Assembly (NCBI GenBank): GCA_000940995.1
Contig: CP005973.1
Span: 112,229-136,228, forward strand
DNA length: 24,000 nucleotides
Reading direction: 5' to 3'
DNA from: Photobacterium gaetbulicola Gung47
GTDB taxonomy: Bacteria; Pseudomonadota; Gammaproteobacteria; Enterobacterales; Vibrionaceae
Part shown: positions 1 to 15,430 of the stretch, piece by piece
How positions within the stretch are numbered: the first letter of the stretch is position 1
How the letters are laid out: every line of letters starts with the position of its first letter
Made by a program: the position numbers and the translations under genes
Notes under the pieces: model-generated
The model's input: only the letters and a program-made list of their open reading frames with translations
What the model was told of the DNA's origin: nothing
The model's database searches: none

Positions 1-327
1 GATGGCAACGTCAACCGGTTCGACAGGCACAATATCCATCTGACACCGATATCCCGTGAAGAACTCCATCTCGCCGAACAACTGTTGTTCGCACTCAAGA
101 GTCCCGAGCTGAAAGGTCTTGCCGTTACGGGCTGTCATGCCCATCGATATTCTTCCCGAGTCGACAAGATACAGGTTTTCAACGTGTTCGCCTTGGGTTA
201 GGAGCTTTTCGTTCTCATCGAAAATACGGCGCGTGCAGATACAATCTCGAATCGTCTGTTCGATGAGCTGTTTATCCTGACTCCATTCCGATTCAAAACG
301 TCCTTTGCCTAGGGTTTGTAGTTGCAT
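1..327 (-). CDS. Crp/Fnr-family transcriptional regulator, N-terminal cyclic-nucleotide-binding domain (gene continues beyond the left edge)
   Basis: Absent from the ORF track because there is no stop in the window. Hand translation of the reverse strand from the ATG at 327-325 is open for all 109 codons: MQLQTLGKGRFESEWSQDKQLIEQTIRDCICTRRIFDENEKLLTQGEHVENLYLVDSGRISMGMTARNGKTFQLGTLECEQQLFGEMEFFTGYRCQMDIVPVEPVDVAI. The pattern GE..ENLYLV.SG.I...GK...L..L....FGE.E is typical of cNMP-binding beta-rolls. AAGG lies about 8 nt upstream of the ATG. Confidence 0.75.
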   Translation of the reverse strand, partial: MQLQTLGKGRFESEWSQDKQLIEQTIRDCICTRRIFDENEKLLTQGEHVENLYLVDSGRISMGMTARNGKTFQLGTLECEQQLFGEMEFFTGYRCQMDIVPVEPVDVAI

Positions 328-482
328 TGAGTTACCTTGGAAACTGACTTCAGCAGTGGACGAGCATGCTATCACAAAAAGGGGAGGCTGCATTTACTCC
401 AAATAGAGAAGAAGATCCCGCGCCATCAATAAGCAATTAATGGCATAGTATTGGGCTCGTTAACGGTATCAGGAGAAAAGGG

Positions 483-1511
483 ATGTGTTCTTCGTTGGGG
501 GTAATGTCAGCCGGACAGTCAGTATTGGGTGTGAATTATGATTTTCAGTTTGACCATGGGATGGTGGTGATCAACCCGCGCAGGTTGCAAAAATGGAGTG
601 AGTTACCCCAAGGTGGAGTGTTCCGCTGGCAGAGTCTCTATGGCTCTGCCACGTTAGTACAGTTTGGCTGTGAGTTGCCGAGCGGAGGGATCAATGAATC
701 GGGGCTGAGTCTTCATCTGCTCGAGCAGCGAGATGCCGCGTATCCGCCACTGGCCGCCACGGATACTGTGCTGGGGGAGTTGCAGTGGATTCAATACCAA
801 TTAGATGTTAGCCAAAGCGTTGATGATGTCGTTGCGAGTTTGGATACTGTTAAAGTTCATAGCCAATTTATTCCGTTGCATTACGTTGTCGCGGACAGTT
901 TTGGCCAGGGGGCCGTGATTGAGTTTGTTCGCGGCCAGGTCGAAGTGACCCGGTTCAGGGAGGGGCAACCCTTGGTGCTTACCAATCATAGCCTGTCAAG
1001 CAGCCGCCAGCACGACCAGAGCCAAGCGAGCAGGACTGATGATAACAGCTCTTTTTCCCGTTATTGCCGGTTGAGTACGTACAGCCTGTCTTATTGCAAC
1101 GGTGTGGAGCCTGAGTCATTTGTTTCGATAGGTCTTGACCGGGTGGCGATAGCCGGGAGGTTCTGGGACCCGATGTTGCATTTATTTCGCGGTGCGAGCA
1201 GTTTCAGAACCTGTTGGCAGGTGCTTTTTCTTCCCGCGACAAAGGAAATGAAGTTTAGGCGCTATGAAAATGGCAAAGGCTTTAATCTAAGCCTGGAACG
1301 GTGGGATTTTTCGGCATTGGATAAGCGATTGAGTAGTGATTTCTCTTGCTTGCAAACTGGCGGCGACAAGCTGGAATTTTCGCCTTATTCGTTAAAGGAC
1401 AACCGGCGCATCGTGACCAAAACGTATCGGCCATACCGGCGACATTTTCCTGCTCAGGCCGTTGAAGACATTGCCCGCTACCCGGATGAATTTATGTTAT
1501 CTGCGGAGTAA
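483..1511 (+). CDS. Linear amide C-N hydrolase, choloylglycine hydrolase / penicillin V acylase family (Ntn hydrolase with N-terminal Cys nucleophile)
   Basis: 342-aa ORF starting Met-Cys (MCSS...). Motifs GVNYDF, GINESGLS, LHYVVADSFGQGAVIEF and LVLTNHS align by eye with the conserved blocks of bile-salt hydrolase/PVA (G.N.D, GMNEKGL, lHw..D..G.s.viE, vlTN.P). AGGAGAAAAGGG precedes the ATG. No signal peptide. Confidence 0.85.
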   Translation: MCSSLGVMSAGQSVLGVNYDFQFDHGMVVINPRRLQKWSELPQGGVFRWQSLYGSATLVQFGCELPSGGINESGLSLHLLEQRDAAYPPLAATDTVLGELQWIQYQLDVSQSVDDVVASLDTVKVHSQFIPLHYVVADSFGQGAVIEFVRGQVEVTRFREGQPLVLTNHSLSSSRQHDQSQASRTDDNSSFSRYCRLSTYSLSYCNGVEPESFVSIGLDRVAIAGRFWDPMLHLFRGASSFRTCWQVLFLPATKEMKFRRYENGKGFNLSLERWDFSALDKRLSSDFSCLQTGGDKLEFSPYSLKDNRRIVTKTYRPYRRHFPAQAVEDIARYPDEFMLSAE

Positions 1512-1622
1512 AGGGAGGCCGATTGATACGCCTGTGGCCACATAATCTAATAAACAAAGTTACTTAGTTCTACACTTGTTGCAGGGGGCTTTTACGCTGT
1601 TTGGGTAAATTCATGATGCTGG

Positions 1623-1895
1623 ATGTCAATCATGTTGAGTAATAGGATCAATCAACTTGTTGAGAGAGCGTTGTTGGAAGGGGACATTAAGGCAAAGGTC
1701 GCGATAGAGAAAATCAACCAGAAGGCGATTCCTGACGTGGAGATCCCAGCAAGCACTACCACTCAGTACGAAGAGAAGATGATGCTGGAGATCCAATTGC
1801 AGTCCGACAGGCTCAATCAAAATGCCAGAAAAACGGCAACGGTTGTCGCCAGTCTGCCTTTTATTCTTTTTCTTCTGAGCCTAGTGACAGCTTGA
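1623..1895 (+). CDS. Hypothetical small protein with C-terminal hydrophobic tail
   Basis: 90-aa ORF. The hydrophilic helical N-terminal part ends in ATVVASLPFILFLLSLVTA. A hairpin follows at 1955-1986. There is no convincing Shine-Dalgarno and several alternative ATGs (1623, 1632), and no family was recognised. Confidence 0.3.
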   Translation: MSIMLSNRINQLVERALLEGDIKAKVAIEKINQKAIPDVEIPASTTTQYEEKMMLEIQLQSDRLNQNARKTATVVASLPFILFLLSLVTA

Positions 1896-1954
1896 TGTCA
1901 ATCGATGGCGTCTTGGGATCCGGGCGCTCCGTGTATTTTTGCCTTATAGAGGGC

Positions 1955-1986
1955 AAAGCCCGCCGTTGACGTACACGGCGGGCTTT
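1955..1986. terminator. Bidirectional terminator-like hairpin between convergent genes
   Basis: AAAGCCCGCCG (1955-1965) pairs perfectly with CGGCGGGCTTT (1976-1986) around a 10-nt loop. The A/T tracts are part of the stem on both sides. It lies between the stop of 1623..1895 (+) and the stop of 2007..3434 (-). Confidence 0.6.
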
Positions 1987-2006
1987 GTCGTTAGTGGGAA
2001 ACGATT

Positions 2007-3526
<1,520 letters not shown>

Positions 3527-3621
3527 AGCACTTGGTTGCGAAGTCCAATTAGTTATCTGTTGCCTTTGCCTTGCTTGGCAGAGAAAGCACAATGGGCTTC
3601 CTCTGCCATTTGATTTTGGGG

Positions 3622-5076
<1,455 letters not shown>

Positions 5077-5093
5077 TTATATCTAGGGTATTG

Positions 5094-5138
5094 GAAGGGC
5101 TGCCGGCCGAGGCCGGGCCCTTCTGTTATTATTTTTTT
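5094..5138 (+). terminator. GC-rich hairpin plus T7 run, oriented as a plus-strand terminator inside a minus-strand operon
   Basis: GAAGGGC (5094-5100) pairs with GCCCTTC (5117-5123), with an inner CCGGC/GCCGG stem. It is followed by TGTTATTATTTTTTT (T7 at 5132-5138). On the minus-strand (operon) transcript the hairpin is preceded by an A-run and is not followed by U. Confidence 0.5.
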
Positions 5139-5149
5139 GAATGTCTTGT

Positions 5150-8790
<3,641 letters not shown>

Positions 8791-8794
8791 TCAG

Positions 8795-8815
8795 TTTAGT
8801 AAAAGTTTTACTAAA
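8795..8815. promoter_or_regulatory. 21-bp palindrome, candidate EbgR (LacI-family) operator in the ebgA promoter region
   Basis: TTTAGTAAAA-G-TTTTACTAAA has perfect 10-bp arms around a central G. It lies 74 bp upstream of the proposed GTG start of ebgA and downstream of the ebgR terminator. It directly abuts a possible -10 (TTCAAT on the minus strand). Confidence 0.55.
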
Positions 8816-8977
8816 TTGAATCGGTAAAACTTCGATGCTTTAACTTGATCACGGTTTTAACTGTTGGTTCGCTCAATAGTGTGATGGTGATTAAGAAAAT
8901 TGACAGAGAAGCGGTTTTACCTAGCAGAGTGAGTGGGAGAGGGGACTGACTGGTGGGCAGGCTTTGAAGAGCGATAC

Positions 8978-9002
8978 AAAAAAAGCGCTGTATATCAGCG
9001 CC
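8978..9002 (-). terminator. Intrinsic terminator of ebgR
   Basis: The minus strand reads GGCGCTG-ATATA-CAGCGCT followed by TTTTTT(T), about 37 nt after the ebgR stop (9039-9041). This implies a separate promoter for ebgAC. Confidence 0.65.
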
Positions 9003-9038
9003 TTATAAGATATTAAGCCGTAATGTAAAAGCTATAAA

Positions 9039-10022
<984 letters not shown>

Positions 10023-10331
10023 TTACTTGTATCCATTGGCAAGGCTCACTCACCGTGAGCGGTCTATCAATTGACTTATTGTAAACAAACTCGTTGGTGA
10101 AGTTCTACGTTTTACTAAAATCATTTCAAATAAACCGCGGGCGATACGGCTAAGTGGATGATTGATAACTGAGAGGTATTCAGCGGTGACATCGCATTTT
10201 TGATTATTACCAATGGGTATAATACGTTACCTAATAACCGACTTGATGGCACTGTGCGCGCATGGGTCAAAAAAAGAACGTGACTGCTTGCCATCTGCCT
10301 GGGTTCTGGTAAGTTAAAGGTGTTTTAGTAA

Positions 10332-10688
<357 letters not shown>

Positions 10689-10702
10689 GGAGCTCTCTCT
10701 GT

Positions 10703-11245
10703 ATGTGGGCAGAAGCACGGATTGCTAAGTGGCTTATTCAAGATGCCGATAGGTGTAGGGCGCTGCAATGCGCTCGCCAGCTAAACCTGCCGCAATGCTA
10801 CTTGGCAGCGGGGTTTGTCCGCAATCTGGTTTGGGATCACCTGCATGACTATAGCGAGCCTACACCGCTCAATGATGTCGATGTGGTGTATTTCGACCCC
10901 GATGAAGACGATCCCAATCAATATCTGTTTTATGAGCGTCAACTGACGCAGATGCTGCCGGATTGCCACTGGCAGGTGCGCAACCAAGCACGGATGCATC
11001 TGCGCAATGGCGACACCCCGTATTCCAGTACATTGGATGCGATGAGTTATTGGCCTGAAAAAGAGACGGCGGTAGGCGTTCGGCTTACCGGCGAGGGGGA
11101 GTATGAATGCATCGCGGCTTTTGGTTTTGAATCATTGTTTGAGTTGCAGCTTACCCCCAACCCCAAACGTCCGTATTCGCTTTTTACCGAACGGCTGAAC
11201 GGCAAGAACTGGCTTGAACATTGGCCTAAACTGCAGGTGATGTAG
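10703..11245 (+). CDS. Nucleotidyltransferase family protein (DUF925 / PF06042-like, Pol-beta NTase superfamily)
   Basis: 180 aa. AAGFVRNLVWDHLH...LNDVDVVYFD has the G-x(n)-DxD arrangement I associate with the DUF925 'nucleotidyltransferase family protein' group (from memory, not searched). The start is 14 nt after the ygjH stop, and the SD-like AGGGAG overlaps the ygjH stop codon, so the two are probably co-transcribed. Confidence 0.75.
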   Translation: MWAEARIAKWLIQDADRCRALQCARQLNLPQCYLAAGFVRNLVWDHLHDYSEPTPLNDVDVVYFDPDEDDPNQYLFYERQLTQMLPDCHWQVRNQARMHLRNGDTPYSSTLDAMSYWPEKETAVGVRLTGEGEYECIAAFGFESLFELQLTPNPKRPYSLFTERLNGKNWLEHWPKLQVM

Positions 11246-11278
11246 GGGCTTGATCTAGCTCTTGTTCAAGGTACAGAC

Positions 11279-11313
11279 AAAAAATCCCCTCAGCTGGCAA
11301 CAGCAGTGAGGGG
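11279..11313 (-). terminator. Intrinsic terminator of the quinone oxidoreductase gene (may also stop the convergent + operon)
   Basis: CCCCTCA (11286-11292) pairs with TGAGGGG (11307-11313). On the minus strand the stem is followed by ATTTTTTGT (complement of the A6 run at 11279-11284). Confidence 0.75.
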
Positions 11314-11325
11314 TTCCGAATCTAG

Positions 11326-12303
11326 TTAGGCGGTTAGCACAACTTTGCCGACAGCTTGCTTGGATTCCAAACGCTGGTGGCCCTGGGCAACGTCCCAAAT
11401 ACTGTACTGGCTGTCGTCAACCAGAGGTTTAATCTGTCCATCGTCGACCAGTTTGGCAATGTGGGCCAGGATTTCACCGTGCGCCTTGCGGTTGATGCCA
11501 TAGACCAGAGGGATCGGCATCAGCACACTGTGGAAGCTCAATCCTTTCAGGGCGACCTGCAGCGGATCGCTGATTGGCAGGATGGTCGCGACCTTGCCGT
11601 TGTAGCGGGCTGCCTTGAAACTGTTCTGGATGTGGTCGCCGGCAATGGTGTCGAAGACGGCATCGAAGCCCAATCCGCCTGTGAGCTGCTCGGTGTAGGC
11701 TTCGACCGATTGCTGTTCGGCATTGATCACATGGTCGGCCCCCAATGTGCTGGCTGTGTCGAGGTTTTTCGCCAGTGAGGTGGTGGCGACGGTTGCCCCC
11801 AGCACTTTAGCCAGCTGCACCGCAACATGGCCGACACCGCCGGTTGCGCCGTGGATCAGTACATTGTCACCGGGTTTGATCATCATCTTGCTGACGAGTG
11901 CTTCCCAGGCGGTGATTGACACCAGTGGTAGTGCGGCCGTCTCGCGCATCGACAGCGTTTCGGGTTTGTGGGCCATCAAATCGGCATCGACCAGCATGTA
12001 CTCGGCAAGTGCCCCGTTGGTGCCTGCGATACCGCCGGCGCAGCCATAGACTTCCTCGCCGACCTTGAACTGCTCAACGCCCTCGCCCACTTCGACGATG
12101 ACCCCGGCGACATCACCGTGCAGGATCTCCGGTAGGTTGGCTGACCATGGCGTCTCCGTCGAGCGAAGCATGGTATCAAGCGGATTGACACTGGTTGCCT
12201 TTACCTCGACCACCAAATGGCCTGCTTTTGCCTTGGGCCTATCACGCTCGACCTGTCGGAATACATTGGCATCGCCCAGTGAATCAATAATCATCGCTTT
12301 CAT
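11326..12303 (-). CDS. NAD(P)H:quinone oxidoreductase / zinc-type alcohol dehydrogenase-like protein (MDR superfamily)
   Basis: 325 aa. GroES-like N-terminal part (HLVVEVKATSVNPLD, GDVAGVIVEVGEGV), cofactor loop VLIHGATGGVGHVAVQLAK, C-terminal GKVVL. GAGGG SD. Confidence 0.88.
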   Translation of the reverse strand: MKAMIIDSLGDANVFRQVERDRPKAKAGHLVVEVKATSVNPLDTMLRSTETPWSANLPEILHGDVAGVIVEVGEGVEQFKVGEEVYGCAGGIAGTNGALAEYMLVDADLMAHKPETLSMRETAALPLVSITAWEALVSKMMIKPGDNVLIHGATGGVGHVAVQLAKVLGATVATTSLAKNLDTASTLGADHVINAEQQSVEAYTEQLTGGLGFDAVFDTIAGDHIQNSFKAARYNGKVATILPISDPLQVALKGLSFHSVLMPIPLVYGINRKAHGEILAHIAKLVDDGQIKPLVDDSQYSIWDVAQGHQRLESKQAVGKVVLTA

Positions 12304-12367
12304 TGTTTAACCCTCGTTTGTTGAAGCGGGGCCAGTCTATTGATTGCGTTAACTGCAATCCATGCAT

Positions 12368-12394
12368 TAAAAGACAAGTATATTTTGTCTTTTA
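12368..12394. promoter_or_regulatory. Interrupted dyad, candidate LysR-type regulator binding site
   Basis: TAAAAGACAA-N7-TTGTCTTTTA (10-bp perfect arms) lies in the 138-bp divergent intergenic region between the oxidoreductase and the LysR gene. A second dyad, ATTGC-N7-GCAAT, lies at 12343-12359. Both fit the T-N11-A style of LTTR boxes. Confidence 0.4.
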
Positions 12395-12441
12395 TGCAAA
12401 ATATGCTTAGGTAGAATACTGCTCCGTGATTGGAGGTAAAG

Positions 12442-13341
12442 ATGATCAAACGACTGCAATATTTTAATGCCGTGGTGGAAACCGGCAGTATTTCTGAAAC
12501 CAGCCGGGTGTTTGATGTCCAGCCTTCTTCGGTTTCCCGCCAATTGGCGGCGCTGGAGGAGGAACTTGGGGTTCGGCTGATTAACCGCAATACCCGAACG
12601 GTATCGCTCACCGAAGCCGGGCAGACCTTTTACAGTTATTCTCAGCATATTGTTGCCAGTCTCGATGAAGCGCGCAGGACCATCAATGATCTGCAGGATA
12701 TCCCGAAGGGCAAGCTGGTGGTCAGTGCCACGGTGGGGTATGGCGAAGTGGTCCTTCTGCCATTGATCAACGAGTTCCGTCGGCGCTATCCCGAGGTGGA
12801 TATCCGCATCGAGTTGAGCGAGCGGGTGAAAGATCTCATTGAAGACAATATTGATGTGGCGATCCGAAGCGGGGAGCTGGCAGACTCTTCGCTGGTCGCC
12901 AGGAAGCTGCAGAACAATGATTTTATTCTCTGTGCCAGCCCCGAGTACCTCGAGCTGGCACCAGAACTGAACTGTCCGCAGGATTTAACGGAGCACCACT
13001 GTATTCGATACGGCTATGCCGGATGGCAGCATTGGTATTTGATCGGCGAAGAGCTGGAGAAGTTGTCTATTGGCGGTGGGCTAGAGGTCAATACGGTTAA
13101 CGGTCAGAAACAACTGTTGCTCAGCCATTGCGGGATTGCGCTCATTCCCCTTTGGGCTGTTGCCAGCGAGCTGGCAGATGGCCGCTTGCAACAGGTGCTG
13201 GCGGAATATCGCTTCAGTCCGCAGGCGACGCCAACGGCGACCTATGCCATCTATCTCAAGCGGGAGATGGTTCCACCCAAGGTGCGGGTGTTCATTGATT
13301 ATCTGATCGAAAAGATACACGGCAACAAACAGGAGCTTTGA
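12442..13341 (+). CDS. LysR-family transcriptional regulator
   Basis: The ORF track starts at TTG 12430. I prefer ATG 12442, which is preceded by GGAGG (12432-12436). The N-terminal wHTH MIKRLQYFNAVVETGSISETSRVFDVQPSSVSRQLAALEEELGVRLINRNTR is canonical for LTTRs. Divergent from the oxidoreductase. Confidence 0.9.
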   Translation: MIKRLQYFNAVVETGSISETSRVFDVQPSSVSRQLAALEEELGVRLINRNTRTVSLTEAGQTFYSYSQHIVASLDEARRTINDLQDIPKGKLVVSATVGYGEVVLLPLINEFRRRYPEVDIRIELSERVKDLIEDNIDVAIRSGELADSSLVARKLQNNDFILCASPEYLELAPELNCPQDLTEHHCIRYGYAGWQHWYLIGEELEKLSIGGGLEVNTVNGQKQLLLSHCGIALIPLWAVASELADGRLQQVLAEYRFSPQATPTATYAIYLKREMVPPKVRVFIDYLIEKIHGNKQEL

Positions 13342-13374
13342 GCTCAGTGGCATTGGCTATACTCAGAAGGCATC

Positions 13375-13626
13375 ATGAACACAACTGTTGAGGGTGATGA
13401 ACCTATGGCTGCAGATTTTGACTCCATGCTCCCTGAGCTGAAAGAATTTACGATTCCGGATACGCCGTTCAAAGTCGTTGATCCGACCGGGTTGCCAGAT
13501 GACACCCGCAAAGCATTTGATGATTTTCTGGCGGGCTCGACCTTGCCTCAAGCATTTTGTGCCTATAGCCACGATTACTCGCAGTTTTGCAAAATGGTCC
13601 GAAATGGCGATATCAATATTGGCTAG
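13375..13626 (+). CDS. Hypothetical acidic small protein
   Basis: 83-aa ORF with AGAAGG 4 nt before the ATG and a strong terminator 25 nt downstream. The composition looks more protein-like than the overlapping antisense ORF 13363..13638. No family recognised. Confidence 0.45.
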   Translation: MNTTVEGDEPMAADFDSMLPELKEFTIPDTPFKVVDPTGLPDDTRKAFDDFLAGSTLPQAFCAYSHDYSQFCKMVRNGDINIG

Positions 13627-13651
13627 CAACTGTGCCACGGGACGGGGTAAG

Positions 13652-13677
13652 AAAAAGGCCGCGGGTGCGGCCTTTTT
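13652..13677. terminator. Bidirectional intrinsic terminator
   Basis: AAAAAGGCCGC-GGGT-GCGGCCTTTTT is a perfect 11-bp stem including A5/T5 flanks. It lies between convergent genes 13375..13626 (+) and 13710..14870 (-). Confidence 0.8.
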
Positions 13678-13709
13678 GTTTGGTGTTAATCTATGTCTAT
13701 GTCTATGGC

Positions 13710-14870
13710 TTATAGAGAAAATGTCACGCCGATGGTTCGGCCCGGTTCAACGATGATGTTGTTGATCGAGTCGTAGATTTCAAAGCCTGACCCATTCGCT
13801 TCTTCCGTGTCGTGCTGGGCGGTACAGGTATAGCCGACGGCATACTCTCCGGCATACACATCACTGAAGCTGAATTGTGCCTGCATACCCGATGGGTCTT
13901 CAACCAGAGGAACTGCAACTGCAGCCAACTCTACTGGGCGGCGTTCGCCTTCATTACCGATTCTCGGATCGTGGAAGCCTAGCATCTGGCTTTGCTCGGT
14001 AGCGCCTCGATACAGGTAAACCGCGTCCACAGCATCTAAGTTGTTGTCGTGACACACGCTTTGGATGGTGTCGATGTCAATGGTACCGCGGATATGGCCT
14101 AGTCGCGGGGCGATATCATCGACATGGACGATTTCGAAATCTTTGTTGCCGAGGAAGCGCCAGTCATGGTTTTTATTGTACTGAAGGGTTTCTTCCAAGT
14201 TAAACCAGAATGCCAGGTTGTTGTAGCCTTTTTGTACCGTAAACGGCTGGCTGACCAGACGGCCGGTTGGGCGGGCATTTTGCGGCGGCTTGGCACCGGC
14301 ACACGAACCCTGGCTTGGTGTGGTTAGGTAAAGATAGCTACCGTCGATATCACGGACGTGTGAGTCATAGTCAACTTCTACCTGCGTACCACTTTCGTAT
14401 TTACCATTGATATACAGGCACATCTCATAGTCACCCGGCGATAGTTTCAAGTCTTGGAAAAGCGGGTAGGCATTGTCACCGTTGGCATTCATGACATCGA
14501 TCATGCGTAGCTCATTGGCTTCTTGCTCGAAAGTGATGTGGTACGCCTCGCACTCCCCGGTCTGATCGCAGGTGGCGTCGTCACCGCCGTTGCCGTTGAC
14601 TTTTTTCAGGTAGACATAATTGAAGGCGATGACGGCTTCGTCAATGTCATCGAGACATTTGCCGTGATTGCAGTTTGTACTGCTGTAATCACTTGTCTCA
14701 ATTAGGCTTTTGCTGGCGCTTGCCGGGGAGCTGAGCTGATTGATCACGCCAAAGTTCAAGGTGGCGTCTGTTGGCCCCGGTACGTTTCCGCCATTGTCAT
14801 TATTGTCGGAGCCACAGCCAACAAGGATGCTGCTCAGTACCAAAGGTAGGAGTAACTTATTGCTTTTCAT
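13710..14870 (-). CDS. Lipoprotein, possibly DUF4382-like
   Basis: 386 aa. Signal peptide with lipobox MKSNKLLLPLVLSSILVG-C, followed by a low-complexity GSDNNDNGGN linker. The segment LSPGDYEMCLYING...LYLTTPSQG...FTVQKGYNNLAFWFNLEETL resembles the DUF4382 pattern as I remember it (weak call). Confidence 0.8.
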   Translation of the reverse strand: MKSNKLLLPLVLSSILVGCGSDNNDNGGNVPGPTDATLNFGVINQLSSPASASKSLIETSDYSSTNCNHGKCLDDIDEAVIAFNYVYLKKVNGNGGDDATCDQTGECEAYHITFEQEANELRMIDVMNANGDNAYPLFQDLKLSPGDYEMCLYINGKYESGTQVEVDYDSHVRDIDGSYLYLTTPSQGSCAGAKPPQNARPTGRLVSQPFTVQKGYNNLAFWFNLEETLQYNKNHDWRFLGNKDFEIVHVDDIAPRLGHIRGTIDIDTIQSVCHDNNLDAVDAVYLYRGATEQSQMLGFHDPRIGNEGERRPVELAAVAVPLVEDPSGMQAQFSFSDVYAGEYAVGYTCTAQHDTEEANGSGFEIYDSINNIIVEPGRTIGVTFSL

Positions 14871-15045
14871 GATAAATCCTGCCGAAACTATTTTGGCGGA
14901 ATATATAGAATGGTGCAGATAGGTATGTCATCAGATTGTCAGACGCACTAGGCTTGGGTAGGTTTTCACAAAATGGGGAACTATCGGCATAAATTATGCT
15001 GGATATAAGCCGTGTACTTCTAACTTCTCTGTAAAGGAGAAAATA

Positions 15046-15285
15046 ATGAAACTGTCCAGTATTGATATGCCAGCCGTCCATGAGTTGCAGGCGCTTGGTT
15101 ATACCAAGTCAGAGTGCATTACTATTATTGAGCGTGAGATATACCGCCTGAGCTCAACAGATCGTTCATATATCGATGCAATGTGCGATAGCCAACAGTT
15201 GAGAAAAGATGAGGCGCTAGACAAAGTGCGTAGAATGAAACGCACGCGCTTCTTCCAGTATATCCAATGCTTTGTTTTTCTTTGA
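15046..15285 (+). CDS. Hypothetical small protein
   Basis: 79-aa ORF with a strong SD (AAGGAG at 15034-15039, 6-nt spacer). It lies in a stretch that looks AT-richer by eye. No family recognised. Confidence 0.5.
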   Translation: MKLSSIDMPAVHELQALGYTKSECITIIEREIYRLSSTDRSYIDAMCDSQQLRKDEALDKVRRMKRTRFFQYIQCFVFL

Positions 15286-15430
15286 AAATCGCTAATGAAG
15301 TATTATCGCCATTTATTCCTCCCAAATTGATTCCCATATTGCAAATGTAGATACCCAGCAATAAAGATATAGGCTGGGTATCAGTGACTATACTCTCAAC
15401 ACGTTTGATATGTGATTGAAGAGGTATTCC

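Noticed and set aside
422-444. GCCAT-N13-ATGGC inverted repeat in the regulator/hydrolase divergent spacer
   Set aside because: The arms are only 5 bp, and the spacing does not match Crp (TGTGA-N6-TCACA) or Fnr (TTGAT-N4-ATCAA) consensus.
8840-8862. Possible CRP site upstream of ebgA (minus strand CGTGA-TCAAGT-TAAAG)
   Set aside because: Only one half-site resembles TGTGA. The other half matches 2 of 5 positions, which is not enough to call.
8912-8928. GTTTTACCTAGC(A/C)GAG shared between 8913-8928 and 20912-20927 (16 of 17 nt)
   Set aside because: A back-of-envelope estimate suggests that an exact 12-mer repeat, and a 16/17 match, can arise by chance in 24 kb. The contexts are unrelated, so I treat it as coincidence unless it recurs genome-wide.
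13363-13638. 91-aa minus-strand ORF overlapping the 83-aa plus-strand ORF
   Set aside because: Only one can be real. The plus-strand ORF has an SD-like AGAAGG and is followed by the terminator in the correct orientation. The minus ORF has no SD and would run into the LysR gene end.
13690-13707. Tandem hexamer (TCTATG)x3 just downstream of the lipoprotein gene stop
   Set aside because: Only three copies (18 bp) in a terminator-proximal spacer. This is too short to call a functional repeat or phase-variation tract, and it lies outside coding sequence and promoter.
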